NCBI GenBank assembly: GCA_963663235.2 | Contig: CAXXNO010000008.1 | Coordinates: 96,001 to 160,000, forward strand | Origin: Dehalococcoidia bacterium | Lineage (GTDB): Bacteria; Chloroflexota; Dehalococcoidia; Bin125 | Length of the DNA: 64,000 nt | Reading direction: 5' to 3' | In this document: piece after piece, positions 9,376 through 18,842 of the stretch | Layout of the letters: every line of letters starts with the position of its first letter | Position numbering within the stretch: the stretch's first letter is position 1 | Notes under the pieces: generated by a model | The model's input: only the letters and a program-made list of their open reading frames with translations | Databases searched by the model: none | Told to the model about the DNA's origin: nothing | Position numbers and translations under genes: made by a program

Positions 9376-10371
9376 ATGGTCGCGGTACAGACCGTGCTTG
9401 GTCCCATCGACGACTCGCAGCTCGGCTTCACGCTCAGCCACGAACATGTCCTCGTCGCCATGAGCGCGGACAATCGTCACTACCCCTGGCTATTCGACTG
9501 GGACGCGACTCGCACGAGAATCGCCCGCGAGTTGCGCGAAGCCAAGGACGGTGGCGTGGACACAATCATCGATCTCACCACGCCAGACTTGGGGCGCGAC
9601 GTGCGCCTCGTCGCTGACGTGTCTCGGACGTCCGGCATGAACGTCGTGATGGCCACAGGCATCTGGCGGGATGTCCCGCGCTCGTTCTGGGAGCGTGACC
9701 CGGACAAGATTGCGAGCATCTTCGTTCACGAGATCGAGGTCGGGATCGAAGACAGCGACGTCAGAGCCGGGGTGATCAAGGTTGCCAACGACGAGGAGGG
9801 CGTGACGCCGCACGCAGAGATGGTCCTACGTGGAGCGGCTCGCGCACTCAAGCGGACCGGCTGTCCCATCAGCACGCATACGTGGGCGCCCGGTGAGGTG
9901 GGGACGTGGCAGGTGGAGATCTTTCGCCAGGAGGGAGCGCCGCTGGACCGCATCTGCATTGGCCATAGCGCGGATTCCACGGACCTTGACTATCTGGAAT
10001 CGCTGCTCCAGAGCGGGGTGTATCTGTCGATGGACCGCTACCCCGGCCGGGAGGGCCGGCCCGACTGGCAGCAGCGAAACGCCACGGTGAAGGCGTTGAT
10101 CGAGCGCGGCTGGGCCCATCGCCTCATGCTCGGTCACGACTATGCGCCCACGCCCGTGCGTTCCGGCTCTCCGCCAGCACCGGCGCCAGAACCGACGCCC
10201 TATCTTTTCCTCTCCACCGTGGCGCTCCCGGCCCTCCGCGACGCGGGCATGGACGACGATACGATCAACTTGATGATGCGGGAGGTGCCCCGTCGTTTCC
10301 TGACGGGCGACGGTTCGCGAGACGGTTCCATCCCCTCTTCCAGCGCAGGCATGCAGGCGCCTCGCGCCTAG
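9376..10371 (+). CDS. Phosphotriesterase-family (PTE/PLL) metal-dependent hydrolase
   Basis: VQTVLGP, LGFTLSHEH, GRDV, AGVIKVA, ISTH, IGHS, MLGHD motifs. Confidence 0.9.
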   Translation: MVAVQTVLGPIDDSQLGFTLSHEHVLVAMSADNRHYPWLFDWDATRTRIARELREAKDGGVDTIIDLTTPDLGRDVRLVADVSRTSGMNVVMATGIWRDVPRSFWERDPDKIASIFVHEIEVGIEDSDVRAGVIKVANDEEGVTPHAEMVLRGAARALKRTGCPISTHTWAPGEVGTWQVEIFRQEGAPLDRICIGHSADSTDLDYLESLLQSGVYLSMDRYPGREGRPDWQQRNATVKALIERGWAHRLMLGHDYAPTPVRSGSPPAPAPEPTPYLFLSTVALPALRDAGMDDDTINLMMREVPRRFLTGDGSRDGSIPSSSAGMQAPRA

Positions 10372-10384
10372 GATCGGAGGCGCC

Positions 10385-11725
10385 ATGACCACGCAAACCA
10401 CGCAAGAGGATCGCTACGGCAATGCGCTCGCGACGCAGTCGGCGACCGCGGCTCAGCGCTACAGCGATGCCGTCGACCGGGCGCTTGCCGGCAACGTCGG
10501 GGCGCTGGAAGGCTTCGACGCCGCCATCGCCGCCGACGAAGGTTTCGCCCTCGCCCACGTCGCCGCCGCCCGACTGCGGCAGCTGCGCGGAGAGGGGGAG
10601 GCCGCCCGTGCCGGCGCGGCGCGGGCCCGTTCTCTGGTCGAGGGCGCATCCGCGCGTGAGCGCCGCCACGTGGAGACGCTCACCGTCGCCATCGAGGGCC
10701 AGGCGCCGCGTGCCCTGGCCATGCTCCTTGAGCACGTCCGAGAGTTCCCCCGCGATGCCTTCCTGCTCTCCCAGGCCACCGGGGTGTACGGCCTGATCGG
10801 CTTCAGCGGCTCCCAGGATCGCAACCAGGATCAGGCCGTCCTACTGGAGGGCCTGGCTCCCGCCTACGGTGATGACTGGTGGTTCCTGAGCGCGCTGGCG
10901 TTCGCCCAGGTCGAAGACTTTCAGTTCGAGCGGGCCCATGGCAATGCGGAGCGCTCCCTTCAACTCTTTCACGAGAACGCGTACGGCGCTCACACCATGG
11001 CGCATGTGCTCTACGAAGTTGGCGACTCCGGCAGCGGCGCGGCCTTCCTGGCTGACTGGATCCCCGGGTACGATCGCGCGGCAGAGTTGCACACGCACCT
11101 CTCCTGGCACTGGGCGCTGTTCGTGCTGAACCAGGGCGATTTCGATGCGGTGTTGGAGATTTACCGCCGGAACATCCGCCCCGGCGTCTCGCAGGCGCCA
11201 CCGCTGTCGCTCATGGCCGACTGCGCCTCGATACTGTGGCGCTCCGATCTCTACGGCGCGAAGCGCGAGCTCCCCTGGGCTGAAGTGCGCGACTTCGCGG
11301 CGGCCACGTTCCGGCGGCCGGGCCTGATGTGGGCCGACGTCCACTGCGCTTTGGCCTACGCAGGCGTCGGCGACCAGGCGTCCCTGGACCAGTGGGTCAC
11401 GGCGATCCGTGAACGCCACAAGCAGGGCAAGATCCGCGCGGGTGAGGTGGTGCCGCGGCTGGCGGAGGGAATCGCGGCCTTCGTCGCCGGCGACTTCGAC
11501 GGCGTCATCCGCATCCTCGAACCGGTCGCCGATCAGGTCGTACGCATCGGCGGCAGCCACGCTCAGCGCGAGATCTTCGAAGACACCTTGCTGGAGGCAT
11601 ACCTCCGAGCCGGTCATCTCGACGTGGCCGAGACCTGGCTGCGCAAGCGCCTCGACCGGCGGCCCTCCCCACGCGATCTGCGGTGGCTGGAGCGGGCCAC
11701 TGCGGGGCAACCGGGAGCCGAATGA
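10385..11725 (+). CDS. TPR protein, TTC38-like
   Basis: H.MAHVLYE, H.SWHWAL, RIGGSHAQREIFE motifs. Confidence 0.8.
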   Translation: MTTQTTQEDRYGNALATQSATAAQRYSDAVDRALAGNVGALEGFDAAIAADEGFALAHVAAARLRQLRGEGEAARAGAARARSLVEGASARERRHVETLTVAIEGQAPRALAMLLEHVREFPRDAFLLSQATGVYGLIGFSGSQDRNQDQAVLLEGLAPAYGDDWWFLSALAFAQVEDFQFERAHGNAERSLQLFHENAYGAHTMAHVLYEVGDSGSGAAFLADWIPGYDRAAELHTHLSWHWALFVLNQGDFDAVLEIYRRNIRPGVSQAPPLSLMADCASILWRSDLYGAKRELPWAEVRDFAAATFRRPGLMWADVHCALAYAGVGDQASLDQWVTAIRERHKQGKIRAGEVVPRLAEGIAAFVAGDFDGVIRILEPVADQVVRIGGSHAQREIFEDTLLEAYLRAGHLDVAETWLRKRLDRRPSPRDLRWLERATAGQPGAE

Positions 11726-11817
11726 CCGACGCCGCCTGCCAGCCGCACTCCGGCCGCCGGATCACCGTGCCATAATAGATACCGACGTGCGCGGAACCTC
11801 CCGAGAGGCAATGGTCG

Positions 11818-13194
11818 ATGCCCCAGGCGACCATGGGGATTCTAGTCAGCGGCGGGCCGGCGCCGGGGATCAACGGTGTCATCGGCGCCGCCACTATCGA
11901 GGCCGTCAACAACGGGCTGAACGTCGTAGGCTTTTATGACGGCTTTGCCCACCTAGCCGGCGAGAGCTTCGATCCCCGCGAGCACACGACCGCCCTGACG
12001 ATCAAGGAAACGAGTCGGATCCATTTCGACGGCGGATCGGTGCTCCGGACCGCGCGCGCCAGCCTGCTGAACCAGGAGACACTCAAGCGCTCCACCGTAG
12101 TCGAACCGGACGCGGAGATCGTGAACCGCGTCTGCGAGCGGTTGGCGTCGCTGGGGATTACGCATCTCCTTACGATCGGCGGCGACGACACCGCTCTGAG
12201 CGCACGCTTCGTCGCGGAGACGCTCGGTGATCGGATCCGCGTCGTGCACGTCCCCAAAACGATCGACAACGATCTGCCCCTGCCCGGCGATGTCCCGACC
12301 TTCGGCTTCACAACGGCTCGCCATGTCGGATCTAACCTCGTGGCCAACCTCATGGAGGATTCCAGGACCACGCAGCGCTGGTACGTCGTTGTGACTATGG
12401 GTCGGAATGCCGGATTTCTGGCCTTGGGAATCGGCAAGTCTGCCGGTGCCACATTGACCATCATCCCCGAGGAGTTCCCCGAATCGACGACGGTCGAGGC
12501 GATCGCCGACATCGTTGAAGGGGCAATCCTCAAACGGCGGACGATGGGCCGGGCCGACGGTGTCGCCGTCATGGCCGAAGGGCTGGTCTACAAGCTCGGT
12601 GACCGCGAGGAGCTAGTCCGTTTGCTCGGGCGCGATCTCCCGGTGGATGCGGCGGGGCACCCGCGCCTCGCGGAAGTTCCACTGGCTCGGATCGTCAAAG
12701 ATGAGCTGGCACGGCGCTTCGCCGAGCGCGGCGACCCGATCTCGGTCGTTGGGCACACGCTTGGGTATGAGCTCCGCTGCGCGCGGCCTGCCACCTCGGA
12801 CTTGGGCTACACGCGCGATCTGGGCCACGGCGGCGTTCAACTCCTTCTCAACTCGACCGATGACTTGCCCAACGGCGTCATGGTGACGCTGCAGGAGGGC
12901 AACCTCGTGCCCGTGCCCTTTGCGGCCATGATCGATCCGGTGACGAATCGCACGCGGATCCGTTGCGTCAATCTCAACAGCTACACCTACAGCGTGGCGC
13001 GGGCGTACATGATCCGCTTGGAAAAGGCGGACTTCGAGTCGCCCACGATGCTGGCCACTCTGGCTAGGGAGGCACGTATGACGCCGCATCAATTCCGGGC
13101 GCGCTTTCAGCACCTCGTGGCTCAGGACCACGGCGGCACGGCGCTCGCGCCCCATCCCGTAACGCTCGACGCGTCATCGGAACGGTCGGCATGA
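11818..13194 (+). CDS. pfp: 6-phosphofructokinase, probably PPi-dependent
   Basis: GGPAPGIN, GGDD, PKTIDND, MGR, GYELRC; the GGDD + PKTIDND pair is the PPi-type signature. Confidence 0.88.
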   Translation: MPQATMGILVSGGPAPGINGVIGAATIEAVNNGLNVVGFYDGFAHLAGESFDPREHTTALTIKETSRIHFDGGSVLRTARASLLNQETLKRSTVVEPDAEIVNRVCERLASLGITHLLTIGGDDTALSARFVAETLGDRIRVVHVPKTIDNDLPLPGDVPTFGFTTARHVGSNLVANLMEDSRTTQRWYVVVTMGRNAGFLALGIGKSAGATLTIIPEEFPESTTVEAIADIVEGAILKRRTMGRADGVAVMAEGLVYKLGDREELVRLLGRDLPVDAAGHPRLAEVPLARIVKDELARRFAERGDPISVVGHTLGYELRCARPATSDLGYTRDLGHGGVQLLLNSTDDLPNGVMVTLQEGNLVPVPFAAMIDPVTNRTRIRCVNLNSYTYSVARAYMIRLEKADFESPTMLATLAREARMTPHQFRARFQHLVAQDHGGTALAPHPVTLDASSERSA

Positions 13195-13353
13195 TGGCTG
13201 AGATGGTGGCTCCATCGCGCCTCGACTCCTAAGGATCCCAATCGACTGCGTAGGCCGACTGCGCCAGCCTTGACGATGACGGAGATCGTGAAGCCAGGGC
13301 GGCAGGATTGAAGTGGCGCTCCAGGAGGCATACGGGCGTGGAGGGAGAGGACG

Positions 13354-14385
13354 ATGAACCTGCAAGATCTGGAGGCCACTGCGCGGGCGCTGGTTGCGCC
13401 GCGGAAGGGCATCCTCGCCGCGGACGAGAGCTTCGGCACCATGGAGAAGCGGCTCGTGAGCATCGGCGCCTCGTCGACCGACGAGAGCCGCCGCGCCTGG
13501 CGGCAGTTGCTCTTCACCGCCCCCGGGATCGGCGACTACATCAGCGGCGTGATCTTGTTCGACGAGACCATTCGGCAGCGCGCCGACGATGGCCGCTTGT
13601 TGGTCGAGGTGCTGAGCAGCCACGACGTCATTCCCGGAATCAAGGTGGACATGGGAACGACGGCGCTGGCCAGCTCACCGACCGAGAAGATGACGGAGGG
13701 GCTGGACGGGCTGCGCGAGCGGCTCAACGAGTACCGTGATCTGGGCGCCCGCTTCACGAAGTGGCGCGGTGTGATCACCATCGGAGATGGCCTGCCCACG
13801 CCCTACTGTATCGACGTTAACGCGCACGCCCTGGCGCGCTATGCCGTCCTCTCCCAGGAAGCGGGGTTGACGCCGATCGTCGAGCCCGAAGTGTTGATGG
13901 ACGGCGACCACGACATCGACCGCTGCTTCGCGGTGACGGAGGCCACGTTGCGGCGCGTATTCGCGGCGCTCGCCGACCAGGGAGTCGTGTACGAGGCCAT
14001 GCTGCTCAAGCCCAACATGGTGCTTTCTGGGAAGGATGCGGCCCAGCGCGCCGGGCCGGAGGAGGTCGCCGAGGCGACGATCCGCTGCTTCCGGCGCTGC
14101 GTGCCCGCGGCGGTGCCGGGCGTCGTCTTCCTGTCCGGCGGTCAGAGCGACGACGAGGCCACGCGCAACCTGGACGCCATAAACCGGCGCGCCGATACTG
14201 CGCCGTGGCAGCTCAGCTTCTCCTACGGGCGGGGGCTTCAGGCCACGCCTCTCCAGAAGTGGGCCGGCGACCCGGCCAACGTCCAACGGGCGCAGGGAGT
14301 GTTCCGCCACCGCGCTAAGGTGACCAGCGCGGCCCGCGAGGGGAGCTACAACGCGGAGATGGAAAAGGAGTTCGTCGGGGTCTAG
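13354..14385 (+). CDS. fba: Class I fructose-bisphosphate aldolase
   Basis: KGILAADES, GIKVD, KWR, PIVEPEV, LLKPNMV, FLSGGQS, FSYGR motifs. Confidence 0.93.
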   Translation: MNLQDLEATARALVAPRKGILAADESFGTMEKRLVSIGASSTDESRRAWRQLLFTAPGIGDYISGVILFDETIRQRADDGRLLVEVLSSHDVIPGIKVDMGTTALASSPTEKMTEGLDGLRERLNEYRDLGARFTKWRGVITIGDGLPTPYCIDVNAHALARYAVLSQEAGLTPIVEPEVLMDGDHDIDRCFAVTEATLRRVFAALADQGVVYEAMLLKPNMVLSGKDAAQRAGPEEVAEATIRCFRRCVPAAVPGVVFLSGGQSDDEATRNLDAINRRADTAPWQLSFSYGRGLQATPLQKWAGDPANVQRAQGVFRHRAKVTSAAREGSYNAEMEKEFVGV

Positions 14386-14407
14386 CGCCCTCGGTGCCGC
14401 CCCGCGA

Positions 14408-15718
14408 CTAACGGTCGCTCGCGAGCGGTTTGACCGCCAGACGTTTCGGCCGCTCCTCTTCGGCGTCGGCAGGCTCGCCCGGCAAGCGCGGTGGCCGGAC
14501 GAGGATGAAGAAGACTGCGCCCAGGCTGACCAGCACCGCCAACACCGTGAACCCGGCCTTATACCCGCCGGTTTCGTCCGCCAACACGCCGGCGATGAGC
14601 GGCCCCAGCATCATGCCCATGAAGGCAACGAAGGCCGAGAAGCCCATGATCGTACCGTACGACGTGCGGCCGAAATAATCGGCCCGTATTGCCTGGAGGA
14701 GTGGCGCGCGCGCACCCCAGGCTAGGCCGTGCAGGATGGCAAAAATGGCCACCATCCAGAGCGATGTGGCATAGGCCAACAGCAGAAGTCCGCTGGCGTG
14801 CCCTGCCATGCAGGCGACGATGATGGCTCGCTTGTTGCCGCGGTCGCCCACCAGGCCACCACTGAGAAGCCCCACGATCATCATCGCCGTCATCAATGCG
14901 GTCATCGCTCCGGCCACTCCCAGCGAGTAGCCGAGGTTCTCGTGCACATGCAGGACCATGTGCACCAACACGGCCGACACGACCAGCAGCGCCGCTGCGT
15001 GTCCCAGCGACAGGTACCAGAACGTCGTCGTGCGGAGCGCTTCCCGCGCGGTGAAGTCCCGTCGGGCCGGGACTGTCTCTCGGCGCGACTCGTCTGCCGC
15101 CGCCGAATCGTCATCCGGTTTCCTGCCGTCGATCTGGTCGCCGAATTGCGCCGGATGGTGGCGGAGGATCAAGGTGAGCGGCAAGCCCACGACCAGAACG
15201 ATGACGCCTGAAGCGAACGCTGTGGTGCGCCAGCCGAAGCTCTCCAGGGACCACACCACCGCCGGCACGATGAGCCCGCCGACGGCGATGCCCGTGAACA
15301 TGATCCCCAGGGCAAGCGCGCGCCTCCGTTCGAAGCAGTTCACCACTGAGACCGTGAACGCCATGAACCCGGCAAGGCTGGATCCGACCGCGATAAGGAA
15401 GAACGCGAGGAAGAAGGTGATCGGCGAGTTGATCTGACTGAACAGCATGAACCCGCCGGCGAACATAATCACGCCAACCTGGGTGATCACGCGTGGCCCT
15501 AGACGATCGATCAGGCGGCCCTGCACCGGTCCTAGAAGGCCGCTCTCCACTTGCGACATGGAATAGGCCGCGGAGAAGAGCGTCTTGCTCCAGCCAAACT
15601 CCGTACGGAGAACGGCGGCGTAGGAGCCGTAGGCGTGGAGCAGCAGCGCCCCCAGCAGGACCTGCATGCCCCACCCGGCGAAAACAATCCACCAGCCGTA
15701 GAACAGTCGTCGCGGTAT
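14408..15718 (-). CDS. MFS transporter (OFA/MCT-like); probable ATA start at 15718
   Basis: About 12 TM helices, G.L.DR.G.R motifs, ADYFGR..YG. The conserved N-terminal FYGWWIV lies upstream of the ORF-track ATG (15667); GGAGGAGG lies 9 nt before ATA. Confidence 0.85.
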   Translation of the reverse strand: MPRRLFYGWWIVFAGWGMQVLLGALLLHAYGSYAAVLRTEFGWSKTLFSAAYSMSQVESGLLGPVQGRLIDRLGPRVITQVGVIMFAGGFMLFSQINSPITFFLAFFLIAVGSSLAGFMAFTVSVVNCFERRRALALGIMFTGIAVGGLIVPAVVWSLESFGWRTTAFASGVIVLVVGLPLTLILRHHPAQFGDQIDGRKPDDDSAAADESRRETVPARRDFTAREALRTTTFWYLSLGHAAALLVVSAVLVHMVLHVHENLGYSLGVAGAMTALMTAMMIVGLLSGGLVGDRGNKRAIIVACMAGHASGLLLLAYATSLWMVAIFAILHGLAWGARAPLLQAIRADYFGRTSYGTIMGFSAFVAFMGMMLGPLIAGVLADETGGYKAGFTVLAVLVSLGAVFFILVRPPRLPGEPADAEEERPKRLAVKPLASDR

Positions 15719-15897
15719 GGCGCGCGTCCTCCTCCAAGATGCGCGTGATCACGCCGGTGCGGCAGATCCTCCGGGCGTTCGTCGCAGTCTACCCCGCTGT
15801 TCACACGGAGTTCCGGTGTCGTATCGTGAGCGCTGTTCGGATCAGGGCGCGGCGTGCGCAGACGGCCAGACGGGCAAGGCCGGAGACGAGGTGTGAA

Positions 15898-17538
15898 GTG
15901 GCCGGACTCAACGGGGCGCAACTGATCGCCGGGCAACTGACTGCGGCCGGCATCGACACCGTGTTCACCGTGCCCGGCGGCCCGATACTCGAAGTCCTCG
16001 CCGAGAGTTACAAGGCTGGCATCCGAATTGTCGGCTGCCGCCATGAGGAATCGGCCGCGTTGATGGCGTCGGCCTGGGGCTACATCAAGAAGAAGCCCGG
16101 CGTGGTCGTGGTGAGCAGTGGGCCGGGCATGACCAACACCGTGACCAGCATGTACGTGGCGACATCCAGCGCTATGCCGCTGGTGGTCCTAGGCGGCTCG
16201 GCGCGAAGCTCCGTCCGGGGGTTTGGCGGCTTTCAGGAGGCGGATCAAACGGCGTTCGCTTCCCCTGCCTGCAAATGGACCACGGCCGTAGAGGGCGTCC
16301 GGCGAATTCCCGAGCACCTCTATCTGGCCCTAAACAAGGCTGTCTCCGGCCGCCCGGGCGCGGTCTACGTCGACGTTCCCGGCCAGCTCATCACCGAGGA
16401 GGTCCCCGAAGAGGAGGTGCGCTGGCGCGCGGCGGCCCCTGACGTCTCCCCACCCCATCCCGACCCCGCTGCCATCGAGGACCTTGCGGAGATGCTCGCC
16501 GCCGCGGAGCGGCCGCTGATCTTGATTGGCAAGGGCGCGGCCTGGGCCGACGCCGGTCCGGCGCTGGAGCGGCTCGTGAATCGGGGCATCCCGTTCGTGG
16601 CCTCGCCGATGGGTCGGGGCACGGTGCCCGACGATAACCCGATGTGCGTGAACGCGGCGCGCACGACGGCGCTCTCCAACGCGGACGCAGTTCTGATGAT
16701 TGGTGGACGCTTCAATTGGCTCTTCCACTTGGGGAATCCGCAACGATACGCCAAGGGTGTCCGCATCGCTCAGATCGACATCGTGCCGGAGGAGATGTAC
16801 GGCGGCGCCAACCTAGAGATCGGCGTCGTCGGCGATTGCGCCGCCGCTGTCGAGCAACTCTGCGATGCGCTCGCCGGTCCCCCTCTCAAGGCTGCGAGCA
16901 CCGACTGGATAGCGGCCCTCGCCGAGCAGTGCCGCAAGAATGAGGCCGCCGTCGCTGAAGAGTCAGATTCCGACCAGGTGCCTATCAATCACTACCGCCT
17001 CCTGCGTGACCTCCGTGACTGCCTGCCGCGCGACGCTACCGTCGCCGTCGATGGCGAGCTCACGATGGGTGTGGCCCGTGTGATCCTGCCCAGCTTTCAT
17101 CCGCGGCATCGCCTGAATGCGGGTACGACCGGCTGCATGGGTACCGGCGTCCCCTATGCCATTGGAGCCAAGGCGGCGCGGCCGGATCAGCCTGTCGTTG
17201 CTCTTGTCGGCGATTTCGCCTTCGGTACGGCGGCGATAGAAATCGAAACGGCGGCACGGTCCGGCCTCAACGTGGTCTTCGTGGTGGCCAACAACGCGGG
17301 GATCAACGCGCACTCGGTGCAGGACCGCTTCTTCCCGTCCGACGCCCCGCCGATCGCGGCCCTCTTGCCCGCCCGCTACGAAAAGATGGCCGAGATGGTT
17401 GGTGGACACGCCGAACTCGTGCAGGAGCCCGGCCAGATCAAGCCGGCCATCGAGCGGGCTCTGGCCGCCGACACGGTGGCGCTTGTGAACGTGATGACCG
17501 ATCCAAAGGGCGCGCGCCGAGGCGCCTCCTACCTCTAG
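15898..17538 (+). CDS. ThDP-dependent enzyme, 2-hydroxyacyl-CoA lyase/oxalyl-CoA decarboxylase family
   Basis: RHEESA, GGFQE.DQ, GRPGAVY, RLNAGT.G.MG.G, GD.AF...NN motifs. Confidence 0.88.
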   Translation: MAGLNGAQLIAGQLTAAGIDTVFTVPGGPILEVLAESYKAGIRIVGCRHEESAALMASAWGYIKKKPGVVVVSSGPGMTNTVTSMYVATSSAMPLVVLGGSARSSVRGFGGFQEADQTAFASPACKWTTAVEGVRRIPEHLYLALNKAVSGRPGAVYVDVPGQLITEEVPEEEVRWRAAAPDVSPPHPDPAAIEDLAEMLAAAERPLILIGKGAAWADAGPALERLVNRGIPFVASPMGRGTVPDDNPMCVNAARTTALSNADAVLMIGGRFNWLFHLGNPQRYAKGVRIAQIDIVPEEMYGGANLEIGVVGDCAAAVEQLCDALAGPPLKAASTDWIAALAEQCRKNEAAVAEESDSDQVPINHYRLLRDLRDCLPRDATVAVDGELTMGVARVILPSFHPRHRLNAGTTGCMGTGVPYAIGAKAARPDQPVVALVGDFAFGTAAIEIETAARSGLNVVFVVANNAGINAHSVQDRFFPSDAPPIAALLPARYEKMAEMVGGHAELVQEPGQIKPAIERALAADTVALVNVMTDPKGARRGASYL

Positions 17539-17546
17539 CAGAGCGG

Positions 17547-18725
17547 CTAGATCACCTTCGTGTCCTTGAGCTGCTCGATCTCTTCCCACCCGTACCCGAG
17601 ATCGATCAACACCTCCTCAGTGTGTTGACCAAGCTCAGGGGCGCAACTCTTCGGGCCGCTGGGCGTCCTGGACAGCTTAATCGGCGTCCCAACGATTCCA
17701 ACCTCCCCCAGTGATGGGTGCTCCAGCGACGTGATGTACCCATTAATGAGCGCCTGTGGCTCTGTGCTCACGGCGGCATAGTCGTGCACTGGTCCACAGG
17801 GGACGTCGGCCTCGGCCAGCAACGGGAGCCATTCATCGCGCGGGCGCTGTTGGAAGGCGGCGTCGAGTTCGTCAAGCAGGGCTCGGCGGTTGCGCTGCCG
17901 TAAGTGCGGGTCGGCGAATCGCTCGTCCCTGACCAGATCGGGACGCTCAAGCGCGCGGCAGAGCGGCTCCCACCATTTCGGATCGAGGACTCCGAGCGAG
18001 ATCCACCGTCCGTCCGCGCACGGGTAGTAGGCGAAGGTCGGCAACTGGCGGCGCGGCGTCCGGTGCTGGTAACCGTCGCGCATCATCCCGGTGAGTTGGA
18101 ACGCTTGCAACGCGAGTTGCGACCCGAACAGCGACACATCGACGTGTTGGCCGATCCCGTCTCGTTCCCGCGCGATGATCGCCGAGGCGATCCCCAGAGC
18201 AAAGACCATCGCGCCCACCTGGTCCGCCATCCCCCCCAGCACGCTTTGCGGCGGCTCGTCCGGTCCCCCACCTTGCACGCTCATGATCCCGCCCATCGCC
18301 TGGCCGATGGAGTCAAAGGACGGCCGGCCAACGTAGGGGCCCTCGGGCCCGAATCCGGAGGCGCTGGCGGTGATGATGCGCGGGTTGATATTGCACAAGG
18401 AATCGTAGTCGAGACCCAGGCGCGCCATGACGCCCGGCCGAAAGTTATCTGTAATCACGTCGTAGGACGCCACCAACTTCTCGATGATCTCACGGCCCTG
18501 GGGCTGCCGCACATCGACCGTCATCGAGCGCTTGTTCCGGTCATGGCCTTCGAAGTAGGCGCACCAGCCGTCCGGCTCCAGGCCGATGCTGCGGCCCGGG
18601 TCGCCCTCGCGCGGCTCCACTTTTAACACATCCGCGCCAAGGTCCGAGAGCATGACGGTGGCGTACGGTCCTTGCTGGTAACGCGTAAAGTCCAGGATGC
18701 GGATGCCGTCGAGGGGGCCGGTCAC
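17547..18725 (-). CDS. Family III CoA-transferase (CaiB/BaiF)
   Basis: PLDGIRILD, DLGADVLKVE, RNKRS, NFRPG, GFG..GP, APELGQHT motifs; GTG after GGAGG. Confidence 0.92.
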   Translation of the reverse strand: MTGPLDGIRILDFTRYQQGPYATVMLSDLGADVLKVEPREGDPGRSIGLEPDGWCAYFEGHDRNKRSMTVDVRQPQGREIIEKLVASYDVITDNFRPGVMARLGLDYDSLCNINPRIITASASGFGPEGPYVGRPSFDSIGQAMGGIMSVQGGGPDEPPQSVLGGMADQVGAMVFALGIASAIIARERDGIGQHVDVSLFGSQLALQAFQLTGMMRDGYQHRTPRRQLPTFAYYPCADGRWISLGVLDPKWWEPLCRALERPDLVRDERFADPHLRQRNRRALLDELDAAFQQRPRDEWLPLLAEADVPCGPVHDYAAVSTEPQALINGYITSLEHPSLGEVGIVGTPIKLSRTPSGPKSCAPELGQHTEEVLIDLGYGWEEIEQLKDTKVI

Positions 18726-18842
18726 GATGCACCTCCAGGGTTGCGCTGCGAGACGGTGCCATCGTACTGAACCATCCCGTTCGTGGCTCACTACACTGCG
18801 ATTCATCGACCGACGCGCTGGCACGATTGAGGGGATCCCGCA

